Shown piece after piece: positions 33,415 to 46,549 of a stretch of 64,000 bases of DNA. The stretch is from Phoronis australis. Taxonomy: Eukaryota > Animalia > Phoronida. Position numbers and translations under genes: made by a program. Under the pieces are notes generated by a model that was not told where the DNA came from, ran no database searches, and saw nothing but the letters and a program-made list of their open reading frames with translations. Each line of letters begins with the position of its first letter. Within the stretch, counting starts at the first letter, position 1. The DNA lies in contig NMRA01000038.1 in NCBI GenBank assembly GCA_002633005.1, forward strand, positions 767,329 through 831,328, given 5' to 3'.

Positions 33415-34460
33415 GTAACCGTCGTCAGACGATACTTGAAAGCCAACATTTCCCCTCGCATGAGCAAAGCTACTTGAGAGGCACAAATTTTGACGCTGAC
33501 GGGTGCGACGCGATCAACACCTGATTTACGACCAGTCACTGCAACTGGCTTTGATCCCGGCGAGTCTGAACTCACGAAAAATCGTTTACATTTTGTCCGC
33601 AGGCGGTATATTGTCTTTTGTAACCACTGAAGTCGAATACTTGTTGGTCAGACCCACGAATGTTTTTTTTTCGCTTAGGCCTCCCTTACAGTAACTAAAA
33701 CAAGTCGAGTCTCCCGGCAACTCCACTTTTTCACCGAGCAAAGCACACACATAATGTTTCGTTTCCTTATCCAACTTCACACTCGTCTGGCACAAAACCG
33801 TCTCCCTAAGCATGGAACAGGCGGAGGACAAGAAAAACATTTCGGGCCCTCGGCCTATTCTACGCTTATGAAACGAAAATCTCGTGCCTGCAGCCTGTTC
33901 CACATTTAGGAAATAATAAATGTCGTGTCCGCAAAATGATCCACGCTTCGGGAAACAATTTTTTCGTGCCCCTAAGCTTTGCTGTGAATGTGTGGTGTGA
34001 ATGCCTTAAAATCGTCTAAGAAACAAAGCAGCCGAAAATTGGTGTTTATTATTCTGTTATTTCGGTATAATTTCTAGCACACAGTACGGTAAAGTGCAGG
34101 CATTTTCAAATTTCGAACTGAAATTGTAAATATGTTGTTCATCTGGCAGTGTCCAATGTGATTGTGGCTTGATGGATTGACATGTATACATGTATGCATA
34201 CACGTGTACGCGTTTCCGTCTTTTAAATTCAGTACACGCCAGGCCCGTGGCCAGCATTGCGCAGGGGGTGGTTCGAATTTCTTGAACGGTGGACCTTTGA
34301 TACTTTGCAAACGTCGACACTGTGGAGTTTTCATTAAGGCCCTCAGTTGACGCAGCTTAATCAGGGGGAAGGGAAATTTGTATACACAACGATGACTCTC
34401 AGTTCTATGTTTTTGAGATGAGACGGAATTAGTAATACCAGAGATGAGGATGCCGTGACG

Positions 34461-35006
34461 GCTCGCCGGTTGCCCGCGTGCCGCTAGGTGGTAGCCAGCA
34501 CGCAGGTAGCAGGCAGTAGCACGCGCTTTAACACTGGTTCATGTAACCTTGACAGTCATTGGTTAGCTTTACAACAAAGTGAGAAAATAGCGGACTATGG
34601 ACAATTTTTAGCCGTGTCCATGCAAGTGGCGTAGCAGCAACTATTTTGTTTCTGCCGTCATCTGGTCGATTTTACTAGTGTGTTATTCATGCTGTATAAA
34701 TACAGGACAGTAGGCCTAACGTAAACAAAAGCCAGCGACATTAGGAAGATGCAATATGAAAGGCGCAACCACAATTTTCTGGGATTCACATTTCTTGAAC
34801 ATGAATTTTAAGCACCCGATTTGTCTGTACAACAGACCACATTTACACTTCCTCTATCAGTCATGTCAGTTTGTTTGGGTAAAGTGCTGCTTGTTGAGAA
34901 ATCGACCGGCCAATCAGAAACGCCGGTGTAAACAAATTCCCGAGGAAAATTAAATGATCATAGGCTTGCTGGCTACCACCCAGCGTCACGCAGGGAACCA
35001 GCGAGA
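34461..35006. mobile_element. MITE with ~40-bp TIRs and 8-bp TSD (hAT/MULE-like)
   Basis: gctcgccggttgcccgcgtgccgctaggtggtagccagca ... tgctggctaccacccagcgtcacgcagggaaccagcgaga; TSD ccgtgacg/ccgtaacg; empty site visible in the inverted copy near 38400. Confidence 0.8.
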
Positions 35007-35702
35007 CCGTAACGGTTGCTCGCAAAAAATGGGACTCGTTTCGGATGTAATGTGGTCCAAAACATTCTCCTCGTTACTTCTTGCCAAATTTTCAAATCAG
35101 GCGTGCTTAAATGAGTGATTACACCTTCTCGGTCAGAAATATTTAGTCGGAGATTAACTTAACGATACTTTTTATCTAGTTATATTTTTCCGTTTTAACG
35201 TTATTGCATTTTAAACAATTTCGAGTGGGAAAATTGATGGATTATCAACCACGATGCATTCATCAAATCCATGTCAAGGTCGCATCATTTCACAGCGCGA
35301 CTGAAAAGTTTAGGGCGGCTGCGTCTGAACCTCACCCACCGGAACCACGCACAGGCTGGTCGAAATAAAATGTAGTTAGCAGGCTATCCAGTCCCTGCCA
35401 GTCTTCACATAATCAGTGAGCCCCATTCAGTCTTCTTAAATTTAAAACCTAATTTGGTCGCCGCAGTCCGTACCCGTGCCCCAGATGTTGAGAATGAGTC
35501 GTTAATTAGATTCAAGTATCACGATTGGCAGTGATTGGAACCGATCTTTTGAAATCAATGTATTAAGAACTAGTCAACTTTTTGCACACCCTTTTATATG
35601 GTTACTAAATGGACATAAATACAATAATTTATTCACGTTTGTTACGACTCATTAGCAGACAATCAGAGTAATGAACTGTTTGGCTCAGTGGTTTGGGGCC
35701 TG

Positions 35703-35946
35703 GGGCCCGTTCCAAGAAACTGACTTAAGTTCATTTTTTAAGTCTAAGATTTGTCTTGGCTTCCATAATTTGAAACTTCCCCATCCGGTAAGACAGTTGA
35801 AATTAAGACAAAACTTTTATCAAAAACTTAATTCAAACTTAAGATCTCTTTCTTGAAACGGTCTCGAGACAAATTTAAGTTTTATCTTAAAATTTACTAA
35901 AATTTAAGATTTGTCTTAGCTGAGTCTGTTTTGTTGGAAAGGGCCC
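35703..35946. mobile_element. PIF/Harbinger-type MITE
   Basis: gggcccgttccaag ... gttggaaagggccc with 3-bp TSD CTG; internal TTAAG-rich inverted motifs. Confidence 0.8.
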
Positions 35947-37239
35947 CTGGACTACTGTTTGAGACAGACCCGAGTAAAAAAAATAATTGTCTGAGTTCTG
36001 GTTCTGAAATTGTGGACATTCGAAATCAGTGAACTTTCGAAGGTGGCAAACCTTCGGAGTAGTGGACCTTCGGAGTAGCGCACCTTCGGAATTATGGCAT
36101 CTAATCTTGACAAATCTACATTTTCAGTAAAGGGTGGAGGGTAGGATTCGCCCGAATCCGAGGCGCGTAGCGCCGAGCGTAGGGAAGGTCGGGAGGGGAT
36201 TCCCCCTCTTGTGTAAGATTTTGCTTGGTTTTAAGTAGCTGATTTTGTTTTCCTGGTGACATTTTTTTAATTTTATTTTTGATCCTGTCCCGAGGGGAGC
36301 GATTGAGCCCCCCCCCCCCAACACCCCTCCGCAGACCCGCCTCTGCTTAGAAATCTTTTCCATCTGGTTGCTCGCATGAAGTGTGTGAGGCTGAACACTA
36401 TTGACACTAGTGACAAGTGAAGTCTATCTCCATTGACCAGAATTTTTATTGGGTTTAGACCTACTCCCCCAAAATGTGAACGTGCTCTTCGGTGTTTTCT
36501 CAGAGCAAGCAAACACGGTTATAGTTAAATTCAGGTTTTTGAGCTACGACGGAGGGCTGTCTATAACTTACCGTCGGCTTCTACTGAATTTAAAAGGACA
36601 GAAACGCACATACGTGTACACGAATGCATGTCAATCCACCAATCCACTCTCGAATTGGACACTATATGACGAAAAACATACCTGTACTTTACAAACATTT
36701 CAATTCCAAATTTGGAAACGCCTCATGTGTCCTTTACCGTACTGTGCTAACAAGCAATATCAGATAACAAACATATTTTCTGCTGTTTTGCTTCATGGTC
36801 GATTTTAAGACATTCACACCGCAATGTGACTTTTTGGGAGCTATCTCGCTGCTATATAGCTTAGCTAGGTATAGACATTCACTTCTAGACTCTCTTGTTT
36901 CCCTACGGTGTAACCACTACGCGTGTTCAATGCCTATGAGTAACATAAAGCCTCCTCTAATCGTCTGCACGATCCTGTCGTCTACGCAAATACCACTCGG
37001 ACGAAGTGGGCCGGGTACCGCACGGCTCGATGATAACGTGAAGCGCTTTGAATCAGAAGCAAATTCAAAATTATTACTAACTTAGTTAACAATTGTAGTT
37101 AGTAATACCAGTAGCTGCATCAATTTTGTTGTACATCTGTATCATATCTTTAACGGATAGGCTGGGGCTGGACCTTTTCCGCGGGAGGGGGTTCGTTCGA
37201 ACCCCTCGAACCCCCCCCCCCGGCTACGGGCCTGCACAC

Positions 37240-38606
37240 TGACGGTAATTTCACTATAGGTAGTCCTCCGTCGCGCTAGAAAACAGACATTTAACTATTG
37301 TTTTTTCTTGCACTGAAAAAGCCCCGAGGACCCCGAGCATGTTGGCTTTATTGGGGAAAGTAGGCTTAGACCTCAACTTTGGTCAACGAAGAAAGTCTTC
37401 TCTTGTCAATCAGTGTTAATCTGGGAGTAATATACAGATATTGGTCCTAGGTGTTAATGGTGCACAGCCCTGCAGAGACTTCATACGAGCAACAAACTTG
37501 ATGGGAAAGATTTCCAAGGTTTCCCATGTCACTATGCCAAAGATTCACTACACCGAAGGTCCACTACTCCGGAAGGCCCACTGCTCCGAAGGTTCGCAAC
37601 CTTCATTCATTACTTCAAATTTCCACAATTCCGAAACCAGTTCATTACTCTGATTGTCTGCTCAAGACTCATTCTCAACTGTAAGGACAACATCTAGGGC
37701 AAGGGACGGCAGGGCTGCGGCGACCAACCGATTTTAAATTTAAGAAGACCGATTAGGACACTCTGACTTCGTGCAGACTGGCAGGAACGTAGTGGGCTAC
37801 TGACTACATTTAGTTTCGACCCTGCCGTGCGCGTGGTTAGTTCCTTGAGTGAGGTTGAAGCGTAGAGGCCCTTAACTTTTCAGGCGTGCTGCGATGCGAT
37901 CTTGACATGGATTTGATGAATGTATCGTGGTTTATAATTCATCAATATTCCTAATTCATATTATTTTAAAAATGCAAGCACGTACTCATTTTCCCGTATT
38001 TGCAAAGTGTGCGGGCAATTAAACATGCACATGAAATTCAGCGCATCTAATAACCGAAGTATCGTTTAATTTTGTATGCAAAAGTATAAAAATTACACCT
38101 GAGTCCGAAATTTTAGATATTCGGAGCAGTGAACCTTTGGAGTAGTGAACCTTCGAAATAGTGGGATGTTCCTATACAGCGACGTAGAAACCTAAGCAAG
38201 TTAAGTAACATACAAAAATACAACCAGACAAACAATTTCGTCAAGTAGTCATTCTCCGACTAAACTTCATATTTCCGCCCGGGTGTGTAATGAAGTGTAA
38301 TTACTCATTTAAGCATGACTGATTTGAAATTTGGCATGAGGTAAGGTGAGAACGTTCTCTTTCTGTACCACAGTACATCCGAGTTCCGTTCGTTGTGAAC
38401 AACAGTCACAGCATCCTCATTTCTGGTATTACAAATTCCGTCTCACTTTCTCAGGAATAGAGAGTTGTGAGTCATAGTTGTGTATACAGATTTCCCTTCA
38501 CCCTCATTAAAGTGCGAAAACTATAGTGTCAGCGTTTGCAAAATATCAAAGGTCTACCGTTCTAGAACTTCGAACCACCCCCTGCTCAACGCTGGTTAGG
38601 GGCCTG
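37240..38606 (-). repeat. Host copy of the CAGGCCC-ended element (reverse orientation), including 16-bp ccgaaggtycactact arrays
   Basis: Reverse complement of 34240-36575 after removing secondary insertions; repeat arrays at 37530-37600 and 38120-38165 (related motifs at 36030-36095 and 1225-1280). Confidence 0.7.
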
Positions 38607-40129
38607 TGAGTCGTTACCAAGGCAGCACGCATCATCATACAATTCTTGGCATGAAATCCTTTCTTCCCTGTCTATCTCATGGCATTATTTATTTCTACCT
38701 TTGTTGATCTTTATTGCAACTGTGCACACCGGAAGTTAGCATCCACACATATCCAAAACCGTACGTAAATAATAAAGCTTTTCCTCGCTCTACAAGCTGA
38801 AAGTGAATATTATAAGAAATTTTGTATCTAGCAGACACGCAATAGCCAATACTTGATTATTCTAGATATCTAACAGATATCTGATCAAGCTTTCCGCGAG
38901 CTGCGTCATTTGATGCAGCAGGTCCAAGACCCAACAGAAATCTTAAAATTGTGTTGTGCACTATCTATATATTAGGATCATAGTGAATTTCACAGGTTTT
39001 ACAGCCATACATGAAGCCAGGTAAAATATTCGAGGTGCCAAAATGTTCTGCCATAATTCAATCCCTATATGCGGAAAATTACATACTATGTGACGATTTT
39101 TTCTTCTAAACCCTGAGCTGTCCTCAAGTTAGGGTGGACTTGGTGACGGGTTTTAGCGATGGACGGGCTACGCATACGGTGTGTGCATAACCTATTGCAT
39201 AACACTGATAAAGTAGCACTGATAACCACTGTGTGGGAAAAATGAATAACCATAAACAATGGTTCTGGTGGCTAGACAGGCTAATAACAAGCTGGGATGA
39301 ATCACATAATAGGTCACTGCACATGTAAGTAAACAAATTGTCAGTAACAACTTAATTGGCACATCAGACAATTAGCGAAATGTGTAACGAATAAAGCTTT
39401 AAATGCAATGTCTGCAATATTTTATGAACAGTTAATCGAACATCTCTGGAAGAATGGTGAAATTTGAATGAAGACAACAACCTTTCTAAAATATAGAGGT
39501 AAAACATCCACCATCGTCAAGCTTTATTCAGGGAATAAGATGTCTAGATGTTTACAGAATCAATACACGGAAAATTTCAAAACGCAAAAATACCAGAACC
39601 GGGTGGACTAGCAGTCAGAGGGTGTTTCCTAACACTTAATGTGAATGTTTCATATTCAGTATTCGGAAACGACTTCAGTCAATGCACAGGTTCCCCATGA
39701 GTCGTTGACACTGTTACACTGAATGGTGATTCTCTGATTGCAAGCCAAATCTGTTCTCGTATTTTTACGTGTTTTGGAATTTTCTGTGTATCTTACCTGT
39801 TGTCATCCGGGTATTCATTCTCTGAATAAAGCTTGGCAATGGTGGATGCTTTGCAGCCAAAACATGTCAATGCATTTTAGAAAAATTGTTGTCTTAATTC
39901 GATAACAATTAATAGTTTGGGCCAACTACACCGTTTGTGGTGCAATCGTAGGCGCATTTCAACGCCTCGCTTTGCTCCTGTTCAGTACTCCGTGGAAATG
40001 GCGTCGCACGTCGAAAGATTCAAATATCGATCGAAAATTTTCTAATAAAACCAAAAAACCCGGTGGCCCTCTGCGGAAAAAAAGTCATTCTGTGGAACCA
40101 ATGAACAACGCGTCATCTCGCAACCGGTC

Positions 40130-42058
40130 TCAATTGAATTGCAAATTTCCGTCTTCTGTGAAGTGATCTAAACAGAAATGTTTGCTTGGACTCTTGCACT
40201 TTGGAAACTTTTGCTTTGATGGATCATAAGCAGAGCTTTGGTCAGTATTGGAATGTAAATGGTGAACGGCATGTTTATAAATTTCGTTCACATATTTATT
40301 GCGTACAAAAAGTCCAGGACTAGGAGGTGCCGGAACCCATTTGCCTCCGTACATCACGCGTGTGTAGTTGTATTTGTATTGTTGTAAATATCGACTTCCA
40401 GCCACCCAGCTTGAGTTGTATACATCCGTATGCCATATGCTGTATCTGACACCGGCTAATCGTATTTCTAATTCTTTGATATTGTCGTAATTTCTGTTAG
40501 TCGTTAATCTGAGAACACAGCCATTTTTCCTCCATACAGAACTACTGTTCACAATCTTGGCTACTCTGTCTACGGTGTACACATTGTCGAAAAGAAGGTC
40601 TGTGTCCAAGTCCCACGGACACTCAGAGTTAAACTTCAGCGCACACAGCAATGACCCATCCGTAAGCTCTACGGGTACACCGGCATTTCCCGCCAACTCA
40701 ATGAGAATCTGGTTACAGGTTCTTATTTTTTCAAGACAGCACGGTGGTTGCAACAATCCAGTTGAATCCCAAAAATCTGGACAAGTGATTTTTGTCTCGT
40801 CACAGCTATATTTAAAGCTATTCCCAGAGAATGTGTGGATTTCATTTAAACGAAATTGTTTAGCTACGATCCTCCATTCACTTTTGAATTGTTTTCGTTC
40901 ACCTCCTATCTGTTTAACGTGAAACATTGAATCAGGACAAACAACATTTTGTTGTTTATTAATTTTTCGATTAAGGAAAAGTCGTTCAAAGAACAAGGAA
41001 TCATGATTTAAACCTCCAAAACCTTGAACTAATTCTCTTTTTATCGCTAAAAAGGGTCCTTCAATGTGGTCGCAATACATACACGAATCCAAAGACTTTG
41101 AATAGCCATAATGGTACTGAAGTTGGTAGTTTCGAAGCGACACCTCATGGCAGCCGTGCCACCAATGGCCATTGCTGCCAACGCTGGCACCTCCTACAGC
41201 AGACGCGCCGAATCGACTGGCAAAACTTAGAAGTCTTTCCACATTGGTGTATTGTGAAAACCGATGAACATTTGGCAAAAGCAACACATACTTTGTGCTG
41301 GCTGTTGAAACGAGACGTCTCCATCTGCTACCTTGCTTAGAAACAATGAAAGAACAACGTCGGCGTAATTTCAATGGTAAATACTGACTTTGTGAGGTCA
41401 CAGACATAATAATTCGAACATCTGTATATCTGTCCCGAATCTGACGAACAAGACTTCTGATTTCTGATGGAGTATTTTGAACTGCGTTTATTAAGATCGT
41501 AACCATATTTTCAAGTTTTCTGGCGTCATCACATGTCTGAATTACCCAACCCTCTTCATAATATATGTCGTTTTTCAACTTTATCTCAGGGCAAACTTCA
41601 GGTTTGCCCGTTTGAACGCTTTTGCTTAACGTTCTCTGCTCTCCGGGTGTGGTTTGTGTTGGAGAATATTGCTTAATCTGCCTCAGCTCGAATTCGGTGG
41701 CTTGGCCGTCTAAAACTGTATGATCCTCATATGACTTTTCCGGAAAATTTCGTCGTATCAGACCTTTGGTGGCTTCTCCATCTGTCTCGGCGTCTTCTAG
41801 TGCTTCTCTCAACAACAGCTGAATTCTTGGACTATCTGATAAGTCGAGCGCTTGTTTTATTAGAGCACTTGCATCTTTTGCGTCATTTTCGTGACAAGAC
41901 ACTTGTTTAAGGGTTTCAGTACATCTTTGTGACTCCCCACAATGTCGCACAGTCAAGAAACATAAGCAAACAATTGCTGCGACAGCGCACCAAAGTAACC
42001 GTTTAACAGATACATATTTAATCCAGCGAATGCATATCCACCGTCCTCTATTCATCAT
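40130..42058 (-). CDS. FKRP (fukutin-related)/LicD-family type II membrane protein, paralog 2 (642 aa)
   Basis: Same architecture as paralog 1 (TM LLWCAVAAIVCLCFL; YSCDETKITC...PPCC; DGSLLCALKFNSECPWDLDTD). Indels relative to paralog 1 preserve the frame. Confidence 0.88.
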   Translation of the reverse strand: MMNRGRWICIRWIKYVSVKRLLWCAVAAIVCLCFLTVRHCGESQRCTETLKQVSCHENDAKDASALIKQALDLSDSPRIQLLLREALEDAETDGEATKGLIRRNFPEKSYEDHTVLDGQATEFELRQIKQYSPTQTTPGEQRTLSKSVQTGKPEVCPEIKLKNDIYYEEGWVIQTCDDARKLENMVTILINAVQNTPSEIRSLVRQIRDRYTDVRIIMSVTSQSQYLPLKLRRRCSFIVSKQGSRWRRLVSTASTKYVLLLPNVHRFSQYTNVERLLSFASRFGASAVGGASVGSNGHWWHGCHEVSLRNYQLQYHYGYSKSLDSCMYCDHIEGPFLAIKRELVQGFGGLNHDSLFFERLFLNRKINKQQNVVCPDSMFHVKQIGGERKQFKSEWRIVAKQFRLNEIHTFSGNSFKYSCDETKITCPDFWDSTGLLQPPCCLEKIRTCNQILIELAGNAGVPVELTDGSLLCALKFNSECPWDLDTDLLFDNVYTVDRVAKIVNSSSVWRKNGCVLRLTTNRNYDNIKELEIRLAGVRYSIWHTDVYNSSWVAGSRYLQQYKYNYTRVMYGGKWVPAPPSPGLFVRNKYVNEIYKHAVHHLHSNTDQSSAYDPSKQKFPKCKSPSKHFCLDHFTEDGNLQFN

Positions 42059-42844
42059 GGCCCAGATTCACCTGTTGTGTCACACTACAGTACTGAGTCC
42101 GTGTACTCAGTGAGAATATCGTCACCCTCGATTAAATGTACAGTGTGGTGACATATGTTCTTGCGCATCGTGCCATTGGACGACTTGCATTTCAAATACC
42201 ATAATCCATGATCGATTGGATAGTTTAAATCAAAGTTGACTGGTGTAAGATAATCCATACTTATGAACGCTGTCACGAGTAACAAGCAGGATCAACAAAA
42301 AACAAACTGTTCACGGTGCGATTATAAGATTTACCTTGGCAGTGCATGCGAAGCCGGCTGCGAGGCCTATCCAACTCCAGACGACAAAATCAGGTGTCAA
42401 CCTATAATCTATTGTTAAACTCTCCAATTCATCAACGGGTACCAGTACTTATTGAGTAAACGGCAATATTTAAGTATACTCGTTCTAACTCTTGGTGTAC
42501 AACTATACAGCATGTCACCTATGTATAAAATAACAATTGTAATAATTTGAGACCTGTCATGCCTCAGGCATCTTCTTACAACTAGGTTACAAAAGGTCAC
42601 AACTGCACACTCGGGTGCAATCCAATTCTACCGGTGGCACGTGAAATACCTACTGGAGCAGACCCAGTGTGCGCATTATATCCGGGTGAGCCCAGTGCTA
42701 GTTTAACACAGGGTGTTCATAAGCCGCAGGTAGATACTCAGTCTATGGGTGTCAAGCAATTTCGACGATCTCGTATCGGTGCATAATATTTTGGTTTTGG
42801 ATTTTGTTGTACCCACGGTCTCGCGTCAGTAAAAGAAAGAAGTA

Positions 42845-42922
42845 GTCGCGGGGGCGGGCAGGGCCGGGGGAAGTAACGGTATATCTCCGGTTGTATACAA
42901 TATGTACTACTGCGCATGCACT
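42845..42922. promoter_or_regulatory. Candidate promoter block of paralog 2 (GC box GGGGCGGG, TGCGCATGCA)
   Basis: Homologous to 27470-27545; ~0.8 kb upstream of the ATG. Confidence 0.3.
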
Positions 42923-45900
42923 GTATTCGACACCGGTCATATATAAGGGGAGCAAAAATACCCACTTGACCAAGGACTTAACTCTAACAAGTACAGCGCT
43001 GGACAGAACAGCTTAAAAAGCAATTTCCGAGAGAACCTATAGAATCAAAAATATTCTACATGATCCGTAACAGAATTGGCTGGAATTTTAGCAGTGGATT
43101 CATATCCACCTCAAACGACACCAACTATCGTAATACACTCACTGGCTTCTATCTATTTTTATACCCCCTGAAATTTTTATTTGAAACGTGCAAAATTTTC
43201 AGCTTAAAAATGACCTCTTTTGGTAACAACACTAATCCGTGTTGGTTAGGGCCTGATATTCGATACTGGATAGGCAAGTATAATATTCATTACCCCATTT
43301 CAAAAATATATTTTCACATAAACGAAATTGCCCCTATTCGTTGGGTCATTCGTTTTGTCGTACCACATAATTTAAGTATCCAAACTCAAATTAGCTATAA
43401 CAAAAAGACTCTTGAAATTTGTAGAAAATAAATAAAGATTACAATCGTGAAGGTCAAAAGATTGGTAAATGATTTCATGCATAGAAATTCAACTGAAAAT
43501 GCGCCTGTTTGATTTCCAAGTGTCAAGTACTTGTTGTAATTGCTCAGTAATTTAGAATAAAAGTATCAAAGTGATTGAAAGTTTTTTAAATGGCACCAGA
43601 GACATTGTTCAGCGTGCAAAATTCTCTTGTTTACAGTTTTCTTAGTCTGAGACTGGTTGGTTGTGTCAGAGTTGTCATCAGACTATTAGTGCAGAGAGAC
43701 TTTTCAGCAAGTGACACCTTGTGGCGCTACAGTAGTAGAACTTCCTGTTCATGGAAAAATGACTGTACACTCTGTCTACGAAAGGTTGCACTGTCGAATG
43801 TTGTTTAGCATGGCATCTTATTGATTAAAGTAATGAAACCGACGTCATAATATTCACTCATTCCCATTGGTTGAAATCTAATAAACCCCGTTGAGTTTAC
43901 AGTTACCAATATTGGCGATCACCTTTGACTTGAATAGTTGCCTTTTCAAACGGGCAGTGATCGAAGTAAACAAAATCAAAGGAACCCGATCCAGTGGCTT
44001 AAGCATGTGCAAGTGGTAGCGATGTGATCGGTATACTTCCGACCAAAGCATGCACATTGACGCTAGCACACAGAAATATGTTTCCATAGGGACACTTTTC
44101 AGTACCGACAGGTGGCGCTGTGTCAGAGGGTAATATGACTGCTGTAGTGGGAAGCTTTGATAGGTATTGTCCATGAAAATGTTCACATGAAGAGGTCTTT
44201 ATCAATGTGGAAAGCTCCACAAGAGGTACTGCAGAGCAGGCACGATCTGAGGTACCTGTAGTGTGAATGAGCCACTTTTTGAATGTAAACTCACCCTGGC
44301 CAGAGTGAACGTGTTTGACATATTGCTGTGTGGAGGAATGCACAATATATTGTTCACTTCTTTGTTTGAAATAAATACTCCCTTGGGCCTTGGTAGACAC
44401 ACGTGTGATCTAGTGAGAGAAGCTGTATTTTGATGGCATTGCAAGGCAGCGGGTGTGTGCGCCGAATGCATTTGGAGGGTCAGTACATCCATCGGCTTCT
44501 GATGAGGAGAGTTGACCACGGTCCACTTTTAATGAAATTGAGTCTAGGTGGGTAATACATAAAGGAAAACGGAGCTACAAATCTGCTCATATTTTGAAAG
44601 CGTTCTTGAGTACTGGTGTCCAGTGTACACCTACAGCCATGTCCAAAGACATGAGGTTAGCGAAGAATGGCCACAAAAACGTTTTAAATGAGGTAACTGC
44701 TTAAAAGAGGCCCAAACCCGTGGCTTCTTTTCTCGCATGGGTACCACCTCTCAATCTGGCTGCGGGATGGAGATGCACGAGCGGTGGAGGGAGAAATCAT
44801 AAGATCCGAAGTATTACATGAAGTTCTGGAAAACCTGGGTTATACGCAGTCCGTTCTATTGGGAAGCGAACACCTTTTTCTGTTGGTTGATTGTCGAGGA
44901 TTAAGATCCACATTCTTTATTGATGTTGTATGTTCATACATTTTGACTTGTTCAATACTTTATATCCTCACATGAGTTTATTCTGCTGTAAAAAGAAGGA
45001 GAATCACTCAAAATATTTATTTAAACTTTTAATCTTTGTTACCCTTAAAGGTTGAAATTTACATATGCACCGTTTTCAGTCAATCCCATGGGGGACCTTC
45101 AGATACCGTGGAAATACTCCTCAGATAATTATTTGACAGGCATCACGATGTACACTTCATAAAAATGCTAGTTTTACATATTTGATAAAGACTAAGGTCT
45201 TCATCCTCTAGCATCTTTACATATTACAAGTTCTCGCCATAACATTTCACTATACCACCAACCTCTGTAGTAAGGTTACCGTTCTGTAAAGAATGTCTTA
45301 CCTGAAAATGTTTGAATGCAAGCATAAGGGCCATTGTCTGGATGCTCATCTTCAAATGAATGGAAGTGGGACGTTTCATACAATGGGACACAGTTTTACT
45401 TCCACGCCAGTTATATTAGAATTATCTAACAAAAGCAGTTTTTTGGATACACGCTAATCCAGAAAACCCATATCATAAATGGCGAAAAGGTTTATGCCAG
45501 CAGTCAGGATTCCTTTCATGTGGCCGTTCAAGCAAACATTGCCAACAGCTCTTTAGGCTAAAACGTGTCGCTGAACTAACTACAAAGCTCTTAGAAAAAA
45601 TCAAATTAGAGACGATTTCATAACCCATACCAAAGCCTGTTGAAAGGTAAAAGTTTTATGCTTCCTAGTTACCTGCTACACTCTGATACAGTGCACTTTG
45701 GGGATTGATCTGAGAAACACTGTGTTATACACGAAGACGTCGCTGTACGAGTAGAATCGCGTGTTGTAATATGTTGAGGGACCAAGCCCCTCGGAACCTT
45801 CACAATCTCTATCACTTTCCCTCTTGTCCTATACCCTACGCGTTACTACACCATCAATACCAATTTGAAGTGAATATTGTCACCTCATTACATAGAAAAA

Positions 45901-46549
45901 TCGCTAAGTTAACAGAAGGAGGGCGGCTCGTCCCCTGATCCCCCTTCTTTCGGCCTCCAATGGTCCCAAACCCTTCTAAATTAAAAAATTACCACTAAAC
46001 GAATACAACGCATGATGTTTGTATTGCATATTTTTATATAAAACTGCTGTGTAATCATTGTTGCTGAGTAGACAAATAGTGCAAGGTGTACTCAGTAAAA
46101 GCACATGTTAACCACTAAGAGGGCAAAAGACGAAAGTTTTGATTTCATGTATCTGCTAAACTACCCCAATACTATCAAATAACACTTGTTTCATATTCAC
46201 ACATCCTATATCCGTTGCTCGCTTTCTCTTTGAAAATGGCCAAAATCAGCCCGTTGAAAATTCTCAATTTTTGAAAAGCCAGCACTTAAATACGAAAATG
46301 TCTGTCTTAATAAAAACGTCTTTCTGGATCTTAGGTCAGATACGTCAACTGAAAAAATCAAATGTGAATTAGTGCATATCTAGGGGAAGACCGAGCCTTC
46401 ATAAAGTTTCAGGAAAATCTGTGGCGGTCGATGTAGAACCACCAGAAAGTGCTCTCAGGACTTGCTACAGAGAAAAAAGAGTGCTGTTGGCCTGATCCCT
46501 TTTGAGGTACACCAAGCGTGTTTAGGCCGCAAGGCCAGGCCCATTACAC

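Larger units (their letters stand above)
34240..37234 (+). mobile_element. ~3 kb non-autonomous CAGGCCC-ended element nested antisense in a copy of its own family
   Basis: Termini caggcccgtggcc / ggctacgggcctg; flanks cacgc / cacac; the interior is the reverse complement of 33990-34235 and 37240-38606. Confidence 0.6.

Noticed and set aside
42085-42285. 66-aa upstream ORF with a loose Ig-like D.G.Y.C pattern
   Set aside because: Motif spacing is wrong, and the homologous frame in copy 1 contains a stop (DSG*WY).
45150-45600. Possible EnSpm/Mirage-like transposase trace on the minus strand (DCWHKPFRH)
   Set aside because: One weak motif only; not enough support without a translated search.
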